Of a stretch of DNA of 64,000 nt, positions 10,592 through 20,061 are shown one piece after another. Source of the stretch: Nitrospirales bacterium (lineage in GTDB: Bacteria > Nitrospirota > Nitrospiria > Nitrospirales > UBA8639); NCBI GenBank assembly GCA_963555755.3, contig OY820905.2, positions 3,552,001 through 3,616,000 on the forward strand, in the 5' to 3' direction. The position numbers and the translations under genes are program-made. A model generated the notes under the pieces. It was not told the origin of the DNA, did not search any database, and saw only the letters and a list, made by a program, of their open reading frames with translations. The first letter of the stretch is position 1, and each line of letters starts with the position of its first letter.

Positions 10592-11584
10592 TTATCCTTC
10601 CCCCACAATTTTCCACTCGACCTCAAGCATGGTCCCTGTCCGATGAAACACATCCTGCTGAATCTTTTTAATGAGCAGAATGGCATCCGTGGCTCGGGCA
10701 TTCCCGAGATTAATAATAAAATTTGCATGCTTGGACGAGATTTGCGCATCCCCAATCCGCAATCCCTTCAATCCCGCTTCTTCAATCAACTGGCCTGCCG
10801 AGGTCTTGGGAGGATTTTTAAACACCGACCCGGCATTTGGTTGTGACAAGGGTTGTGTATTTTTGCGGTATTGGAGATACGATTTCGTCGTCGATTCAAC
10901 CTTGGCTTTTGCTGAACGAGTGAGTTGCAACCACCCGCCCACCACAATTCCTTCCGGCACGTTGGCATGCCGATAGGAAAACGCTAACGTGGAGGCTGGA
11001 TACACCACCACACGACCTTCAGGACTCACGAGTTGAATCGCCTGCAGACAATCTTTCATTTCACCAAGATGCGTTCCGGCATTCATGACTACCGCCCCGC
11101 CAACCGTCCCTGGAATTCCAGCCGCCCATTCCAACCCGGTCAGGGATTGACTCCCGACATATCCAAGCAATGTCGGCATACGCACTCCCGCACCCGCGCG
11201 CACCACCGTGGTCTGATCTTCCTCGACTTCCATGGTCGCAAGCTTGGACAAACTCACCACGATCCCGCGAATCCCGCCATCTTGAATGAGCAGATTCGTT
11301 CCGCCTAACACAAACAACGGAACCTGAGCGATAGAGGCTTGCGCCACGAGTCGAGAGACATCCTCGATATCCTCGGGCACCACCAGCGCATCCGCCGGCC
11401 CACCAATCCGAAGAGTCGTCAGGTCACGGAGGGGAGCATCAAAGGTGACTGTCCCTCGAATTCCGTGCACTGCCACTATCAAGTCTTGATGTTTGGTCAT
11501 ACTCGGCTTCGCCTGCTGGTTGATCATATTCGGATTTGATGGGGATCCAGCATTCCTCAGTGGATAGGTCGCAAGAATGTTCAC
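10592..11584 (-). CDS. murB: UDP-N-acetylenolpyruvoylglucosamine reductase (start may be later)
   Basis: IGGPA, GTNLL, GIPGTVGGAVVMNAG, AGSVFKNP, SKHANF. Confidence 0.96.
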   Translation of the reverse strand: MNILATYPLRNAGSPSNPNMINQQAKPSMTKHQDLIVAVHGIRGTVTFDAPLRDLTTLRIGGPADALVVPEDIEDVSRLVAQASIAQVPLFVLGGTNLLIQDGGIRGIVVSLSKLATMEVEEDQTTVVRAGAGVRMPTLLGYVGSQSLTGLEWAAGIPGTVGGAVVMNAGTHLGEMKDCLQAIQLVSPEGRVVVYPASTLAFSYRHANVPEGIVVGGWLQLTRSAKAKVESTTKSYLQYRKNTQPLSQPNAGSVFKNPPKTSAGQLIEEAGLKGLRIGDAQISSKHANFIINLGNARATDAILLIKKIQQDVFHRTGTMLEVEWKIVGEG

Positions 11585-12960
11585 AGGTACTCCAATATTT
11601 CACTGCCCACTTTCCAAATATCTCCAGCCCCCAGTGTCAACACCACATCTCCAGAACCAAGCGTGGGTGGCACCTGCTTCACTAACTCGCTTTTCTTCTC
11701 AATCCAGGTGACTGATGGATGCCCGGCTGCCTGAATTCGCTGCGCCAACCAATCTCCTGAGACACCAGGGATCGGGGTTTCACCGGCAGCGTAAATATCG
11801 GTGACATAGACGACATCGGCTTGTTCAAACGCCTCGGAAAATTCCTGAGCCAGGTCTTTGGTTCGAGAATACCGATGCGGTTGAAACAACACGATAAGGC
11901 GACCCGGCCACGCGGTTTTTGCCGCAGCAATGGTACAGCGAATTTCTGTGGGGTGATGCCCATAATCGTCGACCACCACAATGCCGTTTTTTTCTCCCCG
12001 AATATGAAACCGTCGCTCCACCCCGGAAAACGAAGCCAAGCCCTTGCGAATCAGATCGACCGGCACATCCAATTCCAACGCAACCGCCACAGCCGCTAGC
12101 GCATTCGAGACGTTGTGAAGGCCAGGAAGATTCAACCGAAACGGTCCCAATTTTTTCCCACGGAAATGCCCTCGGAAATTGCTCACTCGGCCAGTGATTG
12201 ACACTTCCGTGGCCATGACATCTGGGTGAACCCCATCGGCCAATTCATTCAGCCCATAGGTAAGATATCGCTTGACCATCTTGGGGACAAACGTGCGCAA
12301 GCATGGATCGTCGCTGCACAGAATGGCGACACCATAGAAAGGTACCTTATTGGCAAATTCCAAAAATGCTACCTCCAACTGTTCCATGGTGCCATAGTGA
12401 TCCAGATGCTCCCGATCAATATTGGTCACGACCGCAATGGACGGCGACAGCCGAAGAAAGGACCCATCGCTTTCGTCGGCTTCGGCGATCAACAAATCAC
12501 CTCGCCCCAATCGAGCATGCGTGCCCATGGCATTGACTTTCCCTCCCACCACAAACGTGGGATCAAGACCGGCGTACGCCAATATTGAAGCCACCATTGA
12601 GGTCGTCGTGGTTTTGCCATGAGCCCCGGCGATGGCCACCCCAAATTTCAATCGCATGAGCTCGGCCAACATTTCTGCCCGAGGGATGACCGTGATGACG
12701 CGGGCCCGAGCTGCCAGGACTTCAGGATTCGTGGATTGGACTGCGGAGGAGATGACCACCACTTGTGCCCCCTCGATATGAGACGCGTCATGGCCAATAA
12801 AGATTCGACCACCTAAGGTCTCCAAGCGACGTGTGGTGTCCGAATGAGCAAGGTCCGATCCGGTCACTTTATAGCCCAGCGTCAACAAGACTTCGGCAAT
12901 CCCGCTCATGCCACTGCCTCCAATGCCGACCAGATGAATATGTTGAATTTTTCTAAACAT
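11581..12960 (-). CDS. murC: UDP-N-acetylmuramate--L-alanine ligase
   Basis: GIGGSGMS, GAHGKTTTT, EADESD, DDYGHHPTE, FQPHRYSR. Confidence 0.98.
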   Translation of the reverse strand: MFRKIQHIHLVGIGGSGMSGIAEVLLTLGYKVTGSDLAHSDTTRRLETLGGRIFIGHDASHIEGAQVVVISSAVQSTNPEVLAARARVITVIPRAEMLAELMRLKFGVAIAGAHGKTTTTSMVASILAYAGLDPTFVVGGKVNAMGTHARLGRGDLLIAEADESDGSFLRLSPSIAVVTNIDREHLDHYGTMEQLEVAFLEFANKVPFYGVAILCSDDPCLRTFVPKMVKRYLTYGLNELADGVHPDVMATEVSITGRVSNFRGHFRGKKLGPFRLNLPGLHNVSNALAAVAVALELDVPVDLIRKGLASFSGVERRFHIRGEKNGIVVVDDYGHHPTEIRCTIAAAKTAWPGRLIVLFQPHRYSRTKDLAQEFSEAFEQADVVYVTDIYAAGETPIPGVSGDWLAQRIQAAGHPSVTWIEKKSELVKQVPPTLGSGDVVLTLGAGDIWKVGSEILEYL

Positions 12961-13008
12961 AACTCTTCCGTTGCTCGTCTCGTCAGAATCCTTACATCCT
13001 CTTTTTTT

Positions 13009-14088
13009 CTAGCGACTCGCGATCAATTCCTCACATTCCAGAACCATGACCTCTGCTGCATCGGTCTTGCGTAGCCCCAAACTTCTCTCGGCCATGGACC
13101 GAACTTGCTGTTGATTGTTGGCTAAGGATTCAATAACCTGCGCTAATCGCGAGCCGGTTAAATCCGATTGCATCAACACCACACCAGCTCCGGCTTGTTC
13201 GATGACCCGTGCGTTGTGTTCTTGGTGTTGATGCGTTGCTGATGGCAGTGGGATCAACACAGTCGGTTTCCCACAAGCCGCGATTTCGGCCAAGGTCAAG
13301 GCTCCGCATCGAGAAATCACGAGGTCGGCCGCACGCAACACGTTGGCCATATCCTTCACAAATGGAACGACTTCAACCCGAACATCCATCTCGGCATAGG
13401 CTTGCTGAACTCGCTCAAGATCAGCCGTGCCGGTTTGGTGAATCAGTTTTAATTCCCTGCGAATACGATCGGATTCCTTCACCGCTTCAATCATGGCCGT
13501 ATTAATGGCCTTGGCGCCTTGACTTCCACCACACACCAAAAGCGTCTTCACTTCACCCGAATGAACGACTTGCGGTGGATCGACAAACGCCTTTCGAATC
13601 GGAGCACCCACGACTGTGACTTTTGCCGGATTAAAATAGGACGTGGCCTGTTCAAATGAGACAAACACTCGATGCGCCAAAGGACCCAATACACGATTCG
13701 CCAGACCGGGTATCGCATTGGGCTCCAAGAGCACGCGCTTGATACCCAACCACCACGCGGCAATAACCACAGGTGGGCTGGTATAGCCGCCAGTGCCAAT
13801 CACCAGATCTGCCCGAGTCGAGCGCAAGAGTTGTATGGCTTTCCACATGGCCCCCGGAACCAGCAACAGCGCTCCTAACGACGCCAATAGCCCTCGCCCA
13901 ACCACGCCACGAACTTGAAGCGGCTCAATCTTGATGTCTGTTTCGGCAACCATCATGTGCTCCAAGGCTCGCCCCGTTCCGATCACTGTCACCGACGTGT
14001 GGGCATCTCGTCGGCGAAATTCTTCCGCCAACGCCATCGCCGGATAAAAATGTCCACCCGTCCCACCTGCTGCAATGACCACGTTCAT
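13009..14088 (-). CDS. murG: MurG glycosyltransferase
   Basis: GGTGGH, TGGY, EPNAIPGLAN, GGSQGA, HQEHNA. Confidence 0.97.
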   Translation of the reverse strand: MNVVIAAGGTGGHFYPAMALAEEFRRRDAHTSVTVIGTGRALEHMMVAETDIKIEPLQVRGVVGRGLLASLGALLLVPGAMWKAIQLLRSTRADLVIGTGGYTSPPVVIAAWWLGIKRVLLEPNAIPGLANRVLGPLAHRVFVSFEQATSYFNPAKVTVVGAPIRKAFVDPPQVVHSGEVKTLLVCGGSQGAKAINTAMIEAVKESDRIRRELKLIHQTGTADLERVQQAYAEMDVRVEVVPFVKDMANVLRAADLVISRCGALTLAEIAACGKPTVLIPLPSATHQHQEHNARVIEQAGAGVVLMQSDLTGSRLAQVIESLANNQQQVRSMAERSLGLRKTDAAEVMVLECEELIASR

Positions 14089-14104
14089 TCCACCCGTGTC
14101 ACTA

Positions 14105-14228
14105 GGTCACTTCCCTTTTGCCCCATGGCGGCGTTGCTCGAATCCTCACGTATGTCCACATACGCTCCGGTTCTGCGCTCCTCGCGCCTTGCCCTGGGTC
14201 AAAATTGAAGCAACCTGAGTAGTGACCC
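14105..14228. mobile_element. MITE-like element family C
   Basis: GGTCACT...AGTGACC ends; core GGCGGCGTTGCTCG..CGTATG..CATACG..CGCGCCTTGCC. Confidence 0.6.
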
Positions 14229-14233
14229 ATCGA

Positions 14234-15412
14234 TTATCGCGAGACAACCCGACTAACTGGGTCCTCGCGTGAAATACTCAGCAACATCCCAATGGCAATA
14301 AGGCTCACGATCAACGAGGAGCCTCCGTAACTGACCAATGGCAAGGTCAGGCCTTTCGTCGGCAGCAAACCCGAGACCACCCCAGCATTAATGAGCACCT
14401 GAATCCCGAGCAGGAGCGTCACCCCACTCGCTAAATGTCGGCCAAACGCATCAGGCGCTCGTCCCGCAATCTGAAATCCTTTGACGAGCAGAATCGCAAA
14501 CAAGACCATCAGCAATCCCGTTCCGAGAAATCCGAGTTCTTCTCCCACCAACGCCAACACAAAATCCGCATGGGCTTCCGGCAGGAAAAAAAGTTTCTGC
14601 CGGCCTTCGCCTAGGCCCACCCCCGCAAAACCGCCATTGCCCAATGCCACGAAAGATTGCGTGAGCTGAAATCCTGCATCATGGGGGTCTTGCCAGGGAT
14701 CCAGAAAACTCATGAGCCGCCGCCGCCGGTAATCCGATTCCATGACCAGAAGGTACCCCAAAGGCAACACACTCAACACGAGACCAGCCAAATGCGTGAG
14801 GCGAGCTCCGCCAAGAAAGAGAAGACCCAACAACACTGAAAACAAGACCACGGCGGTTCCCATATCGGGTTCGAGGAGTGCAAGTCCTGCCAGTGCCCCG
14901 ACCACAATCACTGGGGCCAACACGCCTTTCTTAAAACTCGTAATATCCTCTTCTCTTCGCACAAGAAACGAGGCGAGGTACAAGACCGTAGTCAACTTGG
15001 CCAACTCACCAGGCTGAAAGGACAACCCCGCGATTCGAAACCACCGCCGAGCTCCATTCACCTGGGAACCCACCATGGGGAAAAGCACCAACACGAGACA
15101 CCCAATGGTCAGACACAACACAATTGGCATCATCGATTTCCAAAGATCGTAGTCTTGTCGTGACACCCAATGCAGTGCCAAGAGGCCAATGACAATCCAC
15201 ACAGCCTGACGCTTCAAAAAAAACATAGAATCGCCATACCGCGTCTCCGCCATCACCCCACTCGCGCTAAATACCATTATGAGTCCGATCAGCAGCAACA
15301 GATACGTGGTCATCAATACCGTGCGATCGACAGGAGCCAACGACTCTCTTCCAGCCGAACTCGACTTCCACCCCAACGACAATTGCAATGCATTTTTCCG
15401 ACCACGTCTCAT
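14234..15412 (-). CDS. ftsW: SEDS peptidoglycan polymerase FtsW
   Basis: GARRW, FQPGELAK, EPDMGT, LPEAHADF, PLVSYGGSS. Confidence 0.97.
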   Translation of the reverse strand: MRRGRKNALQLSLGWKSSSAGRESLAPVDRTVLMTTYLLLLIGLIMVFSASGVMAETRYGDSMFFLKRQAVWIVIGLLALHWVSRQDYDLWKSMMPIVLCLTIGCLVLVLFPMVGSQVNGARRWFRIAGLSFQPGELAKLTTVLYLASFLVRREEDITSFKKGVLAPVIVVGALAGLALLEPDMGTAVVLFSVLLGLLFLGGARLTHLAGLVLSVLPLGYLLVMESDYRRRRLMSFLDPWQDPHDAGFQLTQSFVALGNGGFAGVGLGEGRQKLFFLPEAHADFVLALVGEELGFLGTGLLMVLFAILLVKGFQIAGRAPDAFGRHLASGVTLLLGIQVLINAGVVSGLLPTKGLTLPLVSYGGSSLIVSLIAIGMLLSISREDPVSRVVSR

Positions 15413-15431
15413 GAGTTAATCGTTCCTTCAT

Positions 15432-15553
15432 GGGGATATTCAAAAAGGTGCGCTCAGCAAGGCCGCAGGCCCTTTGACGCGCGGAGCGTACTCATAGTAC
15501 GTGAGCACGACAAAGGGCCGAGAACGCCGCTGACGCCCTTTTTCAACATCCCC
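15432..15553. mobile_element. MITE family A
   Basis: GGGGATATTCAAAAAGG...CTTTTTCAACATCCCC. Confidence 0.8.
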
Positions 15554-15555
15554 AT

Positions 15556-16977
15556 TCATTCAGGCAAAGCATTCACAAGATCTCGAAATTGTTGCCCACG
15601 GTCGAGGTAATCCAGAAACATGTCGAAGCTCGCACAAGCTGGCGAAAGCAGCACGACATCACCGGAAACCGCCAGGCGCTCAGCCAATTCAACGGCTTGC
15701 GCCAGCGACCTGGCTTGATGAATATCTCCAAATCCAGCAATGGCGTTTGCAATAGATTTCGTGGCTTCCCCAATGAGGACGATAGATTTGGCGTGTTGTT
15801 TCAATGCTTCACCAAGCCGAGAGAAGTCACCGCCCTTATCTTTTCCACCAAGAATGATCACCACTGGCTGGGAAAAACTTTCTAGAGCCTTGATCGTGGC
15901 GTCGACATTGGTTCCTTTGGAATCATTCACGAACACCACGTCCCGCCGATGTCGCACGACTTCCAGCGCATGCTCCCGCCCTCGATACGACCCGACCGCC
16001 TGACGAATGTCTGCAATCGGGCACTCACACAACACACCCACGGCGACGGCTGCCAACACATTGGCCACATTGTGTGCCCCAAGCAATTGGATTTCCTCGA
16101 TGGGCATGACCTCATACGTTTGCCCGCCAATCGAAGCCATGATCATCGGACCGTCAAGAAAGACTCCGTTATGCAACCGTTCTTTCATACTGAATCCAAC
16201 GAGGAGACCACGGAGCGAGTCGTGCCACGGAATGAGCTGCCTATCATCCACATTCAAAACCGCAAAATCATCAGCGATTTGATTCTCAAAGATGCGACCT
16301 TTGGCCGCGACATAGTCGGCAAATGTCGCATGTCGATCCAAATGATCCGCCGTAATGTTGAGGATCACGGCGATAAACGGATGAAAGCGATCAATCGTTT
16401 CTAATTGAAAGCTTGACACTTCGACCACGGCGATATCATAAGGAGGATTTCCCTCGGGATCGTGCTGAGCACTGTTATACACGGCTAAGGCCGCCTCGCT
16501 CAGCGGTGTGCCCAAGTTTCCTCCGACAAACACGGAGCGGCTACTCTGCTCAAAGATTCGCCCCATAAGCGAGACGGCCGTACTTTTCCCATTTGTTCCG
16601 GTGACAGCTACAAGAGGCATCGGCAAAAACCACGATGCCAACTCCACTTCACCGATTACCGGCACGCCTTTTTTCCTGACTTCGTCGATCGCGTCGAGGG
16701 AAGGAGGAACGCCGGGACTGAGAACCACGAGCTCCGATCTGCTGACGCCTTCTGCAAAACGGTCTCCTCCAAACATCTCCACATCGGCGTGGTGAAAATG
16801 GTCTGAAAGGTTCGCAAGTTCCGATTCGGGCTTCTGATCCACTAACCGCAGGCGTGCGCCAACCGCTTCAAGGAGCTGTGCCGCGGCTAGACCACTCTTG
16901 CCAAGGCCAACGACTGCGACCACTTTCCCGCGGAGGCCGTCAATCAATGTGTGATGGCGATCAGGCTCTGCGACCAT
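15556..16977 (-). CDS. murD: UDP-MurNAc-L-Ala--D-Glu ligase
   Basis: GLGKSG, TGTNGKST, EVSSFQL, NDSKGTN, LSPACASFD; AGGAGG RBS. Confidence 0.97.
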   Translation of the reverse strand: MVAEPDRHHTLIDGLRGKVVAVVGLGKSGLAAAQLLEAVGARLRLVDQKPESELANLSDHFHHADVEMFGGDRFAEGVSRSELVVLSPGVPPSLDAIDEVRKKGVPVIGEVELASWFLPMPLVAVTGTNGKSTAVSLMGRIFEQSSRSVFVGGNLGTPLSEAALAVYNSAQHDPEGNPPYDIAVVEVSSFQLETIDRFHPFIAVILNITADHLDRHATFADYVAAKGRIFENQIADDFAVLNVDDRQLIPWHDSLRGLLVGFSMKERLHNGVFLDGPMIMASIGGQTYEVMPIEEIQLLGAHNVANVLAAVAVGVLCECPIADIRQAVGSYRGREHALEVVRHRRDVVFVNDSKGTNVDATIKALESFSQPVVIILGGKDKGGDFSRLGEALKQHAKSIVLIGEATKSIANAIAGFGDIHQARSLAQAVELAERLAVSGDVVLLSPACASFDMFLDYLDRGQQFRDLVNALPE

Positions 16978-17032
16978 CGCGAAAGAGTCCTCCTGAGTTG
17001 GGTCGAACCGAATCGATGACAATGGCATACAA

Positions 17033-18109
17033 TTAACGAAGCTTTAAGGTGCTGAGACTCAACAGGGTCAAGATAATTGCGACAATCCATAGACGCACCA
17101 CGATCTTTGGCTCCTCCCAACCCTTCATTTCAAAGTGATGGTGCAAGGGAGCCATGAGAAAAATCCGCTTCCCCCGTGACTTAAACGATGCGACTTGAAA
17201 AATAACGGACACCGCTTCCATGACGAACACGCCGCCAACAAGAATTAACAGGAGCTCATGCTTGCTCACGACAGCCACCGTGCCCAACGCCGCTCCCAAC
17301 GGCAACGATCCGACATCCCCCATAAAAACTGACGCCGGGTAGGTATTGAACCAGAGAAACCCCAAACTGGAGCCAAAGATCGCTGCCATAAGAACAGACA
17401 ATTCCCCAGCCCCTTCGATGTAGGGTATGAGAAGATACTCGGAGACCACTCGATTACCCGCGGCATACGCGACGACCAAATACGCAACCGATGCCACAAT
17501 CACCGGGCCCACTGCTAGCCCATCCAGCCCATCCGTTAAATTCACGGCATTCGAACATCCAACGATGACCAAAATGGCAAACGGAATATACAGCAGGCCT
17601 AAATCCGGCGTAAACGATTTGAAAAAGGGCACGCTTAGTTCCGTGGAATACCCAGGGGAGGAATAAAAGAACAGTCCAATCCCCAGTGCCACGCCAACTT
17701 GCGCAAGAAGTTTTTGCCAGGCCCTCAGGCCCATGGATCGGCCCCGTAGAATCTTAATGTAATCATCCACGAAACCCACCAAACCAAATCCCACAATGGA
17801 GAGCATCACGAGCCAGACGTACAAATTTGTCACATCCGCCCACAATAACGTTGAGAGGAGCACCGCGAAAATAATGAGCACGCCTCCCATCGTGGGCGTA
17901 CCGGTTTTGATCAGATGACTACTCGGCCCTTCTTCCCGGATTTCCTGCCCCAATCCTAGCTCTTTCAGTTTTCGGATCATGAGTGGCGCCAACACAAATG
18001 CGATAATGAACGCCGTCACCGCCGCATAAATAATGCGAAAGCTGAGGTAGCGAAAGACATTAAAAATTGCGAACTCAGTGTGAAGCGGATATAGCCAAAG
18101 ATAGAGCAT
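17033..18109 (-). CDS. mraY: phospho-MurNAc-pentapeptide transferase
   Basis: TPTMGG, NAVNLTDGLDGL, FMGDVGS, MAPLHHHFE. Confidence 0.99.
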   Translation of the reverse strand: MLYLWLYPLHTEFAIFNVFRYLSFRIIYAAVTAFIIAFVLAPLMIRKLKELGLGQEIREEGPSSHLIKTGTPTMGGVLIIFAVLLSTLLWADVTNLYVWLVMLSIVGFGLVGFVDDYIKILRGRSMGLRAWQKLLAQVGVALGIGLFFYSSPGYSTELSVPFFKSFTPDLGLLYIPFAILVIVGCSNAVNLTDGLDGLAVGPVIVASVAYLVVAYAAGNRVVSEYLLIPYIEGAGELSVLMAAIFGSSLGFLWFNTYPASVFMGDVGSLPLGAALGTVAVVSKHELLLILVGGVFVMEAVSVIFQVASFKSRGKRIFLMAPLHHHFEMKGWEEPKIVVRLWIVAIILTLLSLSTLKLR

Positions 18110-18120
18110 GTGTGTTAACG

Positions 18121-18316
18121 GGACTGTTGAAAAAAGCCATCAGCTGCGTTCTCATTGCTCGAAGGGCTCAACGTACGCAGCGTACGCCTCGCCCTCCTCA
18201 CTGCTTGCGGCCTTGCTGGACGGCATTTTTGAACAGTCCCTGTTCCTTTTTCCATTGTAGGTGACGGATCAAGACCAATTGTCAATCGGGGTTTTTTCAA
18301 TTATTCAACAGGCCCT
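18121..18316. mobile_element. MITE family A, long form
   Basis: GGGACTGTTGAAAAAAG...TTATTCAACAGGCCC. Confidence 0.8.
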
Positions 18317-18388
18317 TAATAGTGTTTTCATAATTAAATATGTGCTGATCGATTTTCAACAATATGAATCGATTCCTCGTGATGCCTT

Positions 18389-19834
18389 TCACTCAGAGTT
18401 TAGCCGGTTATTCTTTTTCATGGAAAACCCATCGAGGACGGTTTCCAGCTGCATACTTCTGGAGGCTTTCAGCAAGACCACATCGCCTGGTTTGGCAACA
18501 CCCTGCAAGAAACCCGTTGCCTCTTTTGGCGTGGCTGCTTGAAAAATAGATGAGGCAACCATGCCCCGATTCTTGGCACCCCAGGCGATTTCTTTTCCAA
18601 GATTTCCACAGACAATCAGGGACGAAACCGCATGGTCGGCAATATAGGCTCCCACATCCCGATGCATCGCCCGCGTGTTCTTTCCTAGCTCTAACATGTC
18701 ACCAACCACGGCTATGGTCTGCTTGCCTTGCCCCAACTCTTTGAGCATGGTGACCGCCGCTTTCATGGAAGCAGGATTGGCGTTGTAGCAATCTTCAAGG
18801 ATCGTCAGGCCTTCAATCGATTTGATTTGAGAACGCATCGCGACCGGACGAAACTTCGCCAGGCCTATGGTAATTTTCTGCATCGACATCCCAAACACCT
18901 GCCCAACGGCCACTGCTGCCAGCGCATTGGCCACATTGTGATGACCATGCACATTCAGGGCTACACGATACGACTGTTTCCGGCCACGAAGATGAAGATG
19001 AAAAACTGTACGCGCGCCTTGACGTTGTCTGTCACTGGCTCGAACATGACATCGCACGTTCACCCCAAACGACATTTCCCGACAGCGGGTCTGGCGTTTC
19101 AAAAATCCATAAAAGTGGTCATCGGCATTTAAGACAACCGTGCCTTCGCTGGGCAGACAGGCGAGCAGTTCGGTCTTGGCTCGCGCCGAGCCTTCCAGGC
19201 TCCCAAAGAACTCCAGGTGATCGGGGCCGATGTTGGTGATCACGCCAAGTGTGGGCTTAGCAATCTCGCACAGCCTCGTCGTTTGGCCTTCCGCATCCAC
19301 TCCCATTTCCACAACCGCTACTTGATGACGTTTCGTCAAACGAAGGAGTGTATGGGGGACTCCCAATCGATTATTGAAATTTCCTTCGGTCTTCAACACC
19401 ACCCACCGTTCTCGAAGAGTACTGGCGACCATTTCTTTCGTCGTGGTTTTCCCATTACTGCCGGTGATGGCCACGACGGGGATTTGAAATCGTTGCCTAT
19501 GGAATGCCGCAATGTCTTGATAGGCCCGAGTGGTATCGTCCACGCCAATAATAAATGGACCGGCTCCTGATCGAGGTTGTGGCATTTTTTTTATAGCCGA
19601 CAGCGCCTTCTGACTCATGGATTCCGCAACCACCACGCCGTGTACTCCCAAGCCCAACACATCCTTAACAAATTGATGACCATCGAAGGTTTCACCCTGT
19701 AACGCGATGAACAGATCGCCCTCACGTGCCATCCGGGAATCCGTACAGATTCGGCGCACTCGAGTTCGTAACGATCCGATTAACAACTCTCCCCCCGTGG
19801 CCACGATAATTTCTTCTCCGGAAAAAGAAGCCAC
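18389..19834 (-). CDS. murF: UDP-MurNAc-tripeptide--D-Ala-D-Ala ligase
   Basis: ITGSNGKTTTKE, GNFNN, DCYNANPAS, GDMLELG, LKASR. Confidence 0.97.
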   Translation of the reverse strand: MASFSGEEIIVATGGELLIGSLRTRVRRICTDSRMAREGDLFIALQGETFDGHQFVKDVLGLGVHGVVVAESMSQKALSAIKKMPQPRSGAGPFIIGVDDTTRAYQDIAAFHRQRFQIPVVAITGSNGKTTTKEMVASTLRERWVVLKTEGNFNNRLGVPHTLLRLTKRHQVAVVEMGVDAEGQTTRLCEIAKPTLGVITNIGPDHLEFFGSLEGSARAKTELLACLPSEGTVVLNADDHFYGFLKRQTRCREMSFGVNVRCHVRASDRQRQGARTVFHLHLRGRKQSYRVALNVHGHHNVANALAAVAVGQVFGMSMQKITIGLAKFRPVAMRSQIKSIEGLTILEDCYNANPASMKAAVTMLKELGQGKQTIAVVGDMLELGKNTRAMHRDVGAYIADHAVSSLIVCGNLGKEIAWGAKNRGMVASSIFQAATPKEATGFLQGVAKPGDVVLLKASRSMQLETVLDGFSMKKNNRLNSE

Positions 19835-19864
19835 GACTATTCGGCTGGCCTCTCTCCGGCCTTA

Positions 19865-20061
19865 GGGGCTGTTGAAAAAGGCCGCCAGCAGCGTTCTCGG
19901 CCCGTTGTCGTGCTCACGTACTTCATGTACGCTCCGTGCGCCAACGGGCCTGCGGCCTTGCTGGACGGACCTTTTTGAACAGCCCCTTTCGCTCTTGAAT
20001 AGTCCATGGAATGAGTCAGATGGTTGTAGCCCTTGGAAATTTAGAATTATTCAACAGTCTC
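19865..20061. mobile_element. MITE family A, long form; overlaps the murE 3' end
   Basis: GGGGCTGTTGAAAAAGG...TTATTCAACAGTCTC. Confidence 0.8.
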
